This document shows, in pieces, positions 37,645 to 46,236 of a stretch of DNA of 64,000 nucleotides. The stretch lies in contig VGOM01000005.1 in NCBI GenBank assembly GCA_016875915.1, positions 23,418 through 87,417 on the forward strand. Direction: 5' to 3'. Numbering within the stretch: the stretch's first letter is position 1; the number at the start of each line of letters is the position of its first letter. This stretch comes from Chloroflexota bacterium (GTDB lineage: Bacteria > Chloroflexota > Dehalococcoidia > UBA2247 > RBG-13-53-26). The position numbers and the translations under genes are program-made. A model generated the notes under the pieces. It was not told the origin of the DNA, ran no database searches, and saw only the letters and a list, made by a program, of their open reading frames with translations.

Positions 37645-38799
37645 ATAGCCAGTACCCTGGAAACGCTGCGCGAAATCCGGGCAGTCAACTCCTCTTTCCC
37701 TTGCCCTGATCCCGTCAGATCCTGGAAAGAGCAGGGGAAGAGGGTCATCGCCTTCCAGTGCACCTATGTCCCTGAGGAGGTCGTTCACGCCGCCGGCATA
37801 CTCCCCATCAGGCTGACCGGCGATTCCGAAGAGCCCTCCCTGGAGGAAGCCAATGCCTATATGTACATCAACACCTGCTCGTTCGTCCGGGGCTGCCTCG
37901 ACCTGGTCCTGAAGAAACGCTATCAGTTCCTGGACGGCTTCGTGTCCGGGTCGACCTGCGACTGCCCCCGTCGCCTGACCGATGTGTGGCAGCACTACGA
38001 TTTCACTCCCTTTGTGTACATCCTGGATGTGCCCCGCAAGATGACCCAGGCAGCTCATGCCCTCTACCGGGAGGAGGTGCAGGGACTGAAGAAGCGGATC
38101 GAGGAGTCCTTCGGCCTGCATATCTCCGATGAGGCACTGCGCCGTTCAATCGAGACGTACAACCGCACCAGAACGCTGCTGAAGAAGCTCTATGAGCTGC
38201 GCAAGTCCGACTGCCCCCCGGTCACCGGGGCCGAGGTCCTGGAGGTCCTGGATGCCGGCTTCAAGATGCCCAGGGAGGAGTTCAACAGGGTTCTGGAGAG
38301 ATTGGTCGATGAAGCCGGCAAGGGAGAGAGAACGGTGCCGGCAAGGTTCCGGTTGATGATCAGCGGCAGCCCGCTGAACAACCCGGAGTTCATCCGGGGC
38401 ATCGAGGAACTCGGGGGGCTGGTGGTCGTGGACGAGCTGTGCACCGGGGTCCGTCACTGGTGGGACCTGGTGGACGAGAGCCCCGGCGTCGATCCCGTGG
38501 AGGCCCTCTCCCGCCGCTATCTGAACAACTTCCCCTGCCCGCGGATGTATCCGCCGGAGGAGCGGTTCGACAGGGCGGTGCAACTGGTCAGGGAATACCG
38601 TGTTGACGGGGTGATCAGCGAGGTGGTGCGCTACTGCGTCCATTGTGCCCATGATCAGCCCCTGCTGAAGCGGACCCTGGAGGGAGAGGGCGTCCCGGTG
38701 CTGGAGCTGAGCCTGGAGTACGGAGCTTCCGGAACAGGCCAGATACGGACCCGGGTGCAGGCCTTTCTGGAGATGCTGGAGGCCAGGTCAGGGAGATGA
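37645..38799 (+). CDS. HgdA/BcrB/BadD-like subunit (HGD-D family), module B; non-canonical start
   Basis: Frame opens after TGA at 37633-35; no ATG/GTG/TTG before conserved N-terminus; ATA at 37645 sits 4 nt after GAGGGAG SD where ATG is expected (ATA GCC AGT ACC CTG ~ M A S T L). Confidence 0.65.
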   Translation: MASTLETLREIRAVNSSFPCPDPVRSWKEQGKRVIAFQCTYVPEEVVHAAGILPIRLTGDSEEPSLEEANAYMYINTCSFVRGCLDLVLKKRYQFLDGFVSGSTCDCPRRLTDVWQHYDFTPFVYILDVPRKMTQAAHALYREEVQGLKKRIEESFGLHISDEALRRSIETYNRTRTLLKKLYELRKSDCPPVTGAEVLEVLDAGFKMPREEFNRVLERLVDEAGKGERTVPARFRLMISGSPLNNPEFIRGIEELGGLVVVDELCTGVRHWWDLVDESPGVDPVEALSRRYLNNFPCPRMYPPEERFDRAVQLVREYRVDGVISEVVRYCVHCAHDQPLLKRTLEGEGVPVLELSLEYGASGTGQIRTRVQAFLEMLEARSGR

Positions 38800-40070
38800 C
38801 CACGACCGTCGCCGATACCGCCAAGCTGCGGCAGATTGTGGAAGTGGTGGATGCGGTGGCCAAGCTGCAGAGGCAGCGCCTGGAACGGGAGCCCGACGCC
38901 GTCAACTACCAGATCGTGGTCCGCTATTTCAACAACGTGCTCACAGCCAAAGAGGAAGGCAAGCTGGTCGTGGCCCACACTCCCATGATTGCCCCGGAGA
39001 TCCTCTTTGCCATGGATATCGTTCCCCTCCAGCTCGAGTTCGCCGCTACCCTGGCGGCGCAGATCATCCCGGGGATTCAGGAATGCTTCAGCACCGCGGC
39101 GACGGCCGGGCTGGCCCCGGAGATTTGCTCCGCTCAGAGACTCATCGCCGGACAGGCCATCCAGAGGTGGCTGCCCCGGCCCGACGCCCTGATCTGGAGC
39201 AACCAGGTCTGTGACAACACCGCCAAAGGCGGCAATCTCCTGGCTGAGGTCTTCGACTGCCCCAGCTTCTTCCTGGACCGCCCCTATCAGTTCTCAGAGA
39301 GGGGAGTGCACTACTTCACGGAGCAACTGAAGGAGCTCATCCGTTTCCTGGAGAACCTCACCGGCCGGAGGATGGACTGGGACCGATTCTCTGAGGTGAT
39401 GGAATACTCCCGCCGCCTGCAGGACCTGCACCGGGAGATCCGGGAGTTGCGCAAGGCCGTGCCCTGTCCCTGGCGCAACCTGTGGTTCATACACATGCAG
39501 GGCACTGAGATGTATTGGGCCGGGAGCCCGGAGGCCATCGCCCACCTGGAGGCCATAAGGGACGCCGCCAGGCAGAAGGTCACCGAGGGCAAAGGGTATG
39601 TCCCCGTTGAGAGATTCCGCATCCTGACCATCTTCGTCCCCCCGACATCCGGCTGGGCAATGATGGGCTGGATGCAGGGCAAGCACGGGGCCGTCTGCGT
39701 CGCCGAGCCCTATTTCTCATTCCGGGATGGGGAGGCCATCGACCCGGCCAAACCCCTGCAGAGCCTGGCCCGGAAGTGCTTCTACTGCCCCATCTGCGGT
39801 CCCATGCACGGGCCGGCCAGCGAAGGGATTGTCCGCGATACGGTGCGAGATGCTGTAGACTACAAGGCGGAAGGGGCGGTGTGTTTTGCCAGCATCGGCT
39901 GCCGGCAGACAGACGCTTGCATCAGAATGCTCAAGGAGTCTCTGCAGGAGAAAGCGGGCATCCCCATGCTGGTCCTGGACAATGACACCTACGACCCCAC
40001 CTACGTACCGGAGGATCAACTGAGGGACAAGCTGGACGAGTTCTTCGAGTTGCTGGAGGGGCGGAAGTAG
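38796..40070 (+). CDS. HgdB/BcrC/BadE-like subunit (HGD-D family), module B
   Basis: ATGA overlap with upstream gene; AGGGAG SD; paralog of 34876..36195. Confidence 0.75.
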   Translation: MTTTVADTAKLRQIVEVVDAVAKLQRQRLEREPDAVNYQIVVRYFNNVLTAKEEGKLVVAHTPMIAPEILFAMDIVPLQLEFAATLAAQIIPGIQECFSTAATAGLAPEICSAQRLIAGQAIQRWLPRPDALIWSNQVCDNTAKGGNLLAEVFDCPSFFLDRPYQFSERGVHYFTEQLKELIRFLENLTGRRMDWDRFSEVMEYSRRLQDLHREIRELRKAVPCPWRNLWFIHMQGTEMYWAGSPEAIAHLEAIRDAARQKVTEGKGYVPVERFRILTIFVPPTSGWAMMGWMQGKHGAVCVAEPYFSFRDGEAIDPAKPLQSLARKCFYCPICGPMHGPASEGIVRDTVRDAVDYKAEGAVCFASIGCRQTDACIRMLKESLQEKAGIPMLVLDNDTYDPTYVPEDQLRDKLDEFFELLEGRK

Positions 40071-40116
40071 TCCGGGTCCAGTTTCCGGGGATCATGGCCA
40101 TCATCGAGGTTGAGCT

Positions 40117-40902
40117 ATGTTCGTGGCCGGCATTGACATAGGATCGAGAGGCTCCAAGGCAGTGATAATGGAGGACAGCCAGTTGGTGTCCTTCAGCATC
40201 TGCGAGACAGGGCCCGAGAGCACCAAGTCAGCGCAGTCCACCATCGACCAGGCCCTCGAAGGCACCGGGCTTACACTTGAAGACGTCGAGTACGTCGTGG
40301 CCACCGGCTACGGCAGGATTCTGGTGCCGTTTGCCAAGGCCAACGTATCCGAGATCTCTTGCCACGCCAGGGGGGCTCACTGGTATTTCCCCTCGGTGAG
40401 GACCATCCTGGACATGGGCGGGCAGGACTGCAAGGCCATCAACTGCGATGAGAAGGGCCGGGTGACCAACTTCATCATGAACGACAAGTGCGCCGGCGGC
40501 ACGGGGAGGTTCCTGGAGGTGATCGCCGACGTGCTCCAGGTCCCCCTGGATGAGATCGGCCACCTGTCACTGCAGTCAACACAGAGCGTGGCCTTCAGCA
40601 CGGTCTGCGCCGTCTTCGCCAAGTCCGAAGCCCTGGCCCTGGCCAGAAGCGGCGTCCCCAAGAGCGATATCCTGGCCGGGCTTCACGACGCCATCGCCGT
40701 GCGCTGCCTCAACCTGCTCAGAAGGGTGGTGCTGGACAAGGATTTCACCGTCACCGGGGGCATCTCCAAGAACGCCGGCATGGTGGACAAGATCCGGAAG
40801 AAGGTGGGGCTGGAGCCCGTTCTGGCCCCGGACCCCCAGATCATCGGCGCCCTGGGCGCCGCCCTCTACGCTCAGGAGAAGGCTCAGGGGCAGATGAATT
40901 GA
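40117..40902 (+). CDS. BadF/BadG/BcrA/BcrD-type ATPase (activase) 1, module B
   Basis: MFVAGIDIGSRGSKAV ASKHA N-terminus; NDKCAGGTGRF and STVCAVFAKSEA cluster-binding cysteines. Confidence 0.8.
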   Translation: MFVAGIDIGSRGSKAVIMEDSQLVSFSICETGPESTKSAQSTIDQALEGTGLTLEDVEYVVATGYGRILVPFAKANVSEISCHARGAHWYFPSVRTILDMGGQDCKAINCDEKGRVTNFIMNDKCAGGTGRFLEVIADVLQVPLDEIGHLSLQSTQSVAFSTVCAVFAKSEALALARSGVPKSDILAGLHDAIAVRCLNLLRRVVLDKDFTVTGGISKNAGMVDKIRKKVGLEPVLAPDPQIIGALGAALYAQEKAQGQMN

Positions 40903-40909
40903 AGGGCGA

Positions 40910-41746
40910 ATGCCATCATCGCCGGCAGCACTCCGGCCCGGACCGGCAGGCCTAGCGGTGCTCTACGCCGGTCTGGATATGGGCAACCTGACCACCAAGG
41001 CAGTCATCCTGAAGGATGAGCAGATCCTGTCTCAGGCAATGGTCAACTCGGTGGAGGACGGGGAGTCCCGGGCCAGGACGGCCCTGGACATGGCCCTGGA
41101 AGGCACCGGCTTCGGCACCGGCGATATTGCCTGCATCGTGGCCACGGGGGCGGGAAGGAAGGCCATCTCCCTGGCTCAGAAGCAGAGGGCGCCTAGCTCC
41201 TGCCTGGCCAGGGGCATCAGCCGTCTCCTTCCATCGGTCCGGACCCTCATCGACGTGGGGGCGGAGACCTGCACCGTGGTCCGGGTCAACGACAGGGGAG
41301 TGGCGGATGACTCCATCGGCAACGAGCGATGCGCCTCGGGCACAGGGGTCTTTCTGGAGACCATGGCCAAGCTGATGCAGATGCCCCTGGAGGAAATGGC
41401 CAGGGCGTCCATGCTGGCCGAGGACAAGGCCGAGATCACCAATATGTGCGCCGTCTTCGCCGAGCAGGAGGTCATCTCCCACGTTCATCGCGACCCTCCA
41501 ACGCCGAAGAATGATATCATTGCCGGCATACACGCTTCCATGGCCACACAGGTGGGCGGACTGGCCAAGAGAATGGGCATCAAGACTGACGTGGCCCTCA
41601 CCGGGGGTGTGGCCAGGAACGCCGGCTTCGTGTCTGCCCTGCAGGAGAACCTGGGCGTGGTCCTGATGGTCCCCGACAGGCCGGAGTTCGTGGCAGCCCT
41701 GGGGGCAGCCTGCGCCGCCCGCGACGAAGCCTGTCGTTCCGCCTGA
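40910..41746 (+). CDS. BadF/BadG/BcrA/BcrD-type ATPase (activase) 2, module B (divergent second ATPase subunit)
   Basis: GLDMGNLTTKAV, NERCASGTGVF, TNMCAVFAEQEV; clearly distinct from ATPase 1, consistent with a heterodimeric BcrA/BcrD-like pair. Confidence 0.75.
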   Translation: MPSSPAALRPGPAGLAVLYAGLDMGNLTTKAVILKDEQILSQAMVNSVEDGESRARTALDMALEGTGFGTGDIACIVATGAGRKAISLAQKQRAPSSCLARGISRLLPSVRTLIDVGAETCTVVRVNDRGVADDSIGNERCASGTGVFLETMAKLMQMPLEEMARASMLAEDKAEITNMCAVFAEQEVISHVHRDPPTPKNDIIAGIHASMATQVGGLAKRMGIKTDVALTGGVARNAGFVSALQENLGVVLMVPDRPEFVAALGAACAARDEACRSA

Positions 41747-41909
41747 GCCGGTCCGGCCATCGCCCAGTTCGACAAGAAGTGCGGTGGCGCCACCGTACCG
41801 TCTGCCGAGGGCTTGCCCAAAGTAGGCTCATTCTGTGACAATCATAGCTGCGTAGGAATGCGTCTCAGGAGGTGACATCGCACAGCAACCCGCAGAGATA
41901 GCCCCGGGG

Positions 41910-42899
41910 GTGTTCATGCTGGAGATCGCCTTTCCCCAAGGGTGGTTTCCTCCCGACGCCCCGGCAGGAACCCTGTGCTACCTCATACGTCAAGGACAGG
42001 GTTGGCTCATGGTGGACTGCGGCCTGAAGCACCGTTCCTGCCTTGAGAGTCTCCGCCAGCAACTGGCTATCCTGAACATCTCCCCGAGGGACATCAAATG
42101 GCTTCTGGTCACTCACTTCCACCCCGATCACTTCGGACTGGCCGCAGAGGTCAGGGCCATTTCCGGTGCCCAGATCATTCTCCACCGGCTGGACTGGGGG
42201 GTGCTGCAGCTCATCACCAAAGCGGCCGGGGGGCTGACCAGCGAGGAGTTCAATCGCTGGGTCACCTCCCTGGGGGTGTTGCCGCACGAACTGGATGGCT
42301 ATGATCGCGTCTTCGAGTTCGGCACCGCGCTCTTCCCCGCGAACGTGGAGCCCGACCTGCTGTTGGACGGCGAAGACCAGCCCGTGGGAGACGAAGGCCT
42401 CCGCGCCATGCTGACGCCGGGTCATACCCCGGGACACGTCTGCGTCTACGATGGGCAGAACCGGCTGCTCTTCTCCGGAGACCATGTGCTGACCGGCATC
42501 ACCACCCATATCACCCCGGGAATCCTCAGCGACGATGACCAACTGGGCCGCTACCTGGAGTCCCTGCACAAGGTCCAGTCCCTTGACGTTCAGATGGTTC
42601 TGCCGGCCCACGAGAATCCCTTCGCCGGCCTGAGCCAGAGGGTGGGGCAGCTTGTGGAACACCATGAAATCCGCCTGCACCAGGTGCTGGCTCCCATCCG
42701 TCTCAGCGCCCTGAGCGCCCGGGACATCGCCTCTCAGGTGGAGTGGGTGGTCGGACTTTGGGAGCAGATGGATGGCATCAACAGACTGCTGGCCATCCAG
42801 GAGACAATGGCTCACCTCCGCCTGCTTCAGGGGCGCGGTGACGTGATCGCCACCCAGATGGACGGGGTCAGCCTGTACCGGGCAACCGGGGAGGGCTAG
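41910..42899 (+). CDS. MBL-fold metallo-hydrolase
   Basis: HFHPDH metal-binding motif, downstream His/Asp ligands (TPGHTPGH). Confidence 0.75.
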   Translation: MFMLEIAFPQGWFPPDAPAGTLCYLIRQGQGWLMVDCGLKHRSCLESLRQQLAILNISPRDIKWLLVTHFHPDHFGLAAEVRAISGAQIILHRLDWGVLQLITKAAGGLTSEEFNRWVTSLGVLPHELDGYDRVFEFGTALFPANVEPDLLLDGEDQPVGDEGLRAMLTPGHTPGHVCVYDGQNRLLFSGDHVLTGITTHITPGILSDDDQLGRYLESLHKVQSLDVQMVLPAHENPFAGLSQRVGQLVEHHEIRLHQVLAPIRLSALSARDIASQVEWVVGLWEQMDGINRLLAIQETMAHLRLLQGRGDVIATQMDGVSLYRATGEG

Positions 42900-43160
42900 C
42901 TACTGGGCAGCCGCCGAGCTCTGGCGCTCGGCGATCTCTTTCATCACCCTGTCGTAGGTCCTGTCACCCACGCATTCCTTGGCATACTCACACCACTCGA
43001 CACAAGACAGCAGATCGTTGTAGATCACGAACCCGCATTTCGAGCATTTGGCGCTCGACTCGTTGCTGACGATCTCGATGTCTTCCTTGCACCTGGGACA
43101 CTCCCGTATCTCCAGCCTCGGCATTCTGATGTTCACTGCTCCAGGACACTGACTGACCAT
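42900..43160 (-). CDS. Small zinc-ribbon protein
   Basis: CPRC...CSKC zinc ribbon followed by CVEWCEYAKEC; likely start at MPRLEIRE (43124). Confidence 0.45.
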   Translation of the reverse strand: MVSQCPGAVNIRMPRLEIRECPRCKEDIEIVSNESSAKCSKCGFVIYNDLLSCVEWCEYAKECVGDRTYDRVMKEIAERQSSAAAQ

Positions 43161-43314
43161 AGCCTCACCTCCCGATGAAGACGACTGTCATCTGCAAATC
43201 CCGCGGCCAGAATACTAGCTCCCTTCCCGGAGGGGCGCAGTGACTTCCGTCACTTCGCCCTCCTCCGCCACAGCCGGCTGGCCCGAACCAAGAGTACCAT
43301 ACCGCCAAGCCCGT

Positions 43315-44610
43315 TCACGATCCCAGAATAGCCTCAAGGTCTTCTTCCGGCGTGGTGATCGGCTTCAGATCGAAATTGTCCTGGAGCGCCTTGAGCACGT
43401 TGGGGGTGATCCAAGCCGGCAGTGTCGGGCCGATCCGGATGCCCTTCACGCCCAGATACAGAAGTGAGAGCAGGATAGCCACCGCCTTCTGCTCAAACCA
43501 GGACAAAACCAAGGACAGAGGGAGCTCATTCACGCTGCAATTGAAGGCCTCCGCCAGGGCAGCGGCCACCCTGACAGCAGAGTGGGCATCGTTGCACTGG
43601 CCGATGTCTATCAGGCGGGGGATGCCGTCAATCGAGCCGAAGTCCAGGTCGTTGAAGCGGTACTTGCCGCAGGCCAGCGTCAGGATGACGCAATCCTGGG
43701 GCACCTTCTCCGCCAGTTCGGTGTAGTAGTTCCGACCACTCCTGGCCCCGTCGCATCCTCCAATGAGGAAGAAGTGGCGTATCTTGCCCGCCTTCACCGC
43801 GCCCACGACCTTGCCCGCCAGCGACAGAATGGCGGTGTGGTGGAAGCCGGTGGTCAGGGTCTTCCCTTCCTTGTGATGCAGCTTGGGCAGCGCCAGGGCC
43901 TTCCGGACCACCGGACTGAAGTCCCCATCAGCGATGTGGGTTGCCCCGGGCACGGCAACAACCCCGGTGGTGAACAGCCGGTCCTCATAGCTGCCCTTCT
44001 TCGGGATCAGCACGCAGTTGGTGGTGGCCAGTATCGGGCCGGGGAAATCGGCGAATTCCCGCTTCTGGTCCTGCCAGGCTCTGCCGAAGTTGCCGGCCAA
44101 GTGCTTGAACTTCCTCAGCTCGGGATAGGCATGGGCCGGCAGCATCTCCCCATGCGTGTAGACCCTGACCCCGCTGCCTTCGCTCTGCTCCAGTAGCTGG
44201 CGGAGGTCAAGCAGGTCATGCCCCGTCACCAGGATTCCATGGCCTGACTCCCTGCCCGTGGACACAGCCACCGGGCCCGGGGTGCCGAAGCGGTCGACAT
44301 GAGCCTGGTCCAGCACCTCCATTGCTTTGAGGTTGATCTTGCCGCACTCGAGGACCAAGTTCAACAGGCTACCGAGATCGAAGTTGACGTTGGTCAGGGT
44401 GGAGAACAAGGCTCTGGAGTAGAACTCAGCCACCTCCGGGTCGGCGTATCCCAGCCTTCTGGCATGGTAGTCATAGGCAGCGATCCCCTTGATCCCGTAG
44501 ACCAGGGTATCCTGCAGACTGCTGACGTCTTCGTTCTTGCCGCACGCCCCTGTGCTGGCGCATCCGGTGCCCGCTACCGTTTGCTCACATTGATTGCAGA
44601 ACATACTCAT
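43315..44610 (-). CDS. hcp: Hybrid cluster protein (hydroxylamine reductase) Hcp
   Basis: N-terminal MFCNQCEQTVAGTGCASTGAC cubane-cluster motif (C-x2-C-x8-C-x5-C); AAAGGAG SD before ATG 44610. Confidence 0.9.
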   Translation of the reverse strand: MSMFCNQCEQTVAGTGCASTGACGKNEDVSSLQDTLVYGIKGIAAYDYHARRLGYADPEVAEFYSRALFSTLTNVNFDLGSLLNLVLECGKINLKAMEVLDQAHVDRFGTPGPVAVSTGRESGHGILVTGHDLLDLRQLLEQSEGSGVRVYTHGEMLPAHAYPELRKFKHLAGNFGRAWQDQKREFADFPGPILATTNCVLIPKKGSYEDRLFTTGVVAVPGATHIADGDFSPVVRKALALPKLHHKEGKTLTTGFHHTAILSLAGKVVGAVKAGKIRHFFLIGGCDGARSGRNYYTELAEKVPQDCVILTLACGKYRFNDLDFGSIDGIPRLIDIGQCNDAHSAVRVAAALAEAFNCSVNELPLSLVLSWFEQKAVAILLSLLYLGVKGIRIGPTLPAWITPNVLKALQDNFDLKPITTPEEDLEAILGS

Positions 44611-44806
44611 TGACCCGCTCCTTTCCGTTTTCGGTGATGAGCCGAGTCTAGCCCGAGCCAGACCAGCGCGTAAATGATCTGGATCATACCGGATCAAGCC
44701 CCCTGAACGTCCGCGCCCCTGCCGGCCAACCCACCGCAGTCCGGGGCGACGGTTGTGCTAAGATGGAAGGTAGCAGCCGTCGTGCTGAAGGAAGGAGGGT
44801 TTCGTC

Positions 44807-45271
44807 ATGCTCAAGGAATTCAAGGAATTCATCATGCGCGGCAACGTGATCGACATGGCCGTGGGCATCATCATCGGTGCTGCCTTCGGGGCCATCGTCT
44901 CCTCGCTGGTCAAGGATGTCATCATGCCCCCCATCGGACTGCTGCTGGGCAACGTGGACTTCGCCAACCTCTTCGCGGTGATCAAGGATGGAACCATCGA
45001 ACCCGGCCCATACGACACCCTGGCCCAAGCCCAGGCTGGCGGTGCCGTCACCATCAACTACGGCCAGTTCATCAACTACGTCATCACCTTCCTCATCGTG
45101 GCCTTCGTCATATTCCTTCTGATCAGGACCATAAACAGAATGCGCCGCGCTGTCGAAGCACCGAAGGCTGCGGCTGTGCCAACCACGAAGGAGTGCCCCT
45201 ACTGCCTGTCCACCATAGCCATCAAGGCCACCCGCTGCCCCAACTGCACCTCAGAACTGAAGGCGGCCTAG
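44807..45271 (+). CDS. mscL: Large-conductance mechanosensitive channel MscL
   Basis: [28 protein letters not shown] canonical MscL N-terminus/TM1. Confidence 0.95.
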   Translation: MLKEFKEFIMRGNVIDMAVGIIIGAAFGAIVSSLVKDVIMPPIGLLLGNVDFANLFAVIKDGTIEPGPYDTLAQAQAGGAVTINYGQFINYVITFLIVAFVIFLLIRTINRMRRAVEAPKAAAVPTTKECPYCLSTIAIKATRCPNCTSELKAA

Positions 45272-45312
45272 AATCGCTCAACCGGCAGATGGGTAGGAGC
45301 TCGGAAAAGGGG

Positions 45313-45338
45313 GAGGCCAGCTCGGCTGAACTGGCCTC
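45313..45338. terminator. Hairpin (8-bp stem GAGGCCAG/CTGGCCTC, 10-nt loop) between convergent mscL and enoyl-CoA hydratase genes
   Basis: Perfect inverted repeat in the 119-bp convergent intergenic gap; no U-tract (common in high-GC genomes). Confidence 0.35.
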
Positions 45339-45390
45339 TCCATGATCCTTGGTCGGGCTCAGAGCGCCGGCGGGCCCCCACCGGCTTCGG

Positions 45391-46188
45391 CTAGCGGCCC
45401 TGGAAGTCGGGCTTCCGCTTCTCCACGAAGGACTTCACCCCTTCTTTGAAGTCCTCGGTGGCTGTGCACACCTTCACGGCATAGCTCTCGAAGTCCAGGG
45501 TGCCTTCGATATCGGTCACCAGTCCTCTGTACACCCCGTACTTGGCCATCTCCTGGGCAATCGGCGGACCGGCAACTATCCTGGCGGCCAGGTCCCCGAC
45601 CACCGTCTTCAAGTCGTCGGCGGGAACCACACGGCCGACCAGGCGGATCCTCTGTGCCTCCTGCGCATCGATGACGTCGCCGGTGTAGAAGAGCTCCAGC
45701 GCCTTCTCGATGCCCACGACCTGGGGCAGGAGATAGGTCACGCCACCATCGGGTACCAGCCCTCTGTTCACCCAGGCACAGGTGAATCTGGCCTTGTCCG
45801 AGGCTATCCTGATATCGCAGGCGCAGATGAAGGACACCCCCATCCCTGCGGCAACGCCGTTGATGGCGGCGATGGTCGGCACCCTGAGCTGCCTGAACCG
45901 CGGTATGTGCCATCCTATCCGCTGGGTTATCTTCCGGCGGTTGGTTTCCTCAACCTGTCCGGCGATGCGGCTGGACATCACCCCGACGTCCACCCCGGCG
46001 CAGAAGGCCCGGTCGCCAGCCCCAGTCAGGACCAGGACCCGGGCGTCATCATCGTCGTTCACCTCGCCGATGGCGGCCACGATCTCCTCCCTCATTTCCA
46101 TGGAGATGGTGTTCATCCTCTCGGGACGGTTGAACGTCAGGGTGACCACATGGTTCTCCTTCTCCAGCAGGATGTTCTTGTACTGCAC
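45391..46188 (-). CDS. Enoyl-CoA hydratase/isomerase (crotonase family)
   Basis: LTGAGDRAFCAGVD oxyanion-hole segment, crotonase fold length 265 aa. Confidence 0.85.
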   Translation of the reverse strand: MQYKNILLEKENHVVTLTFNRPERMNTISMEMREEIVAAIGEVNDDDDARVLVLTGAGDRAFCAGVDVGVMSSRIAGQVEETNRRKITQRIGWHIPRFRQLRVPTIAAINGVAAGMGVSFICACDIRIASDKARFTCAWVNRGLVPDGGVTYLLPQVVGIEKALELFYTGDVIDAQEAQRIRLVGRVVPADDLKTVVGDLAARIVAGPPIAQEMAKYGVYRGLVTDIEGTLDFESYAVKVCTATEDFKEGVKSFVEKRKPDFQGR

Positions 46189-46236
46189 TTGCGATTACCT
46201 CCCCAGATTCATCATTCGGTCTGAACGCTATCTCGC

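Noticed and set aside
41865-42815. 316-aa minus ORF opposite the MBL hydrolase
   Set aside because: Antisense artefact
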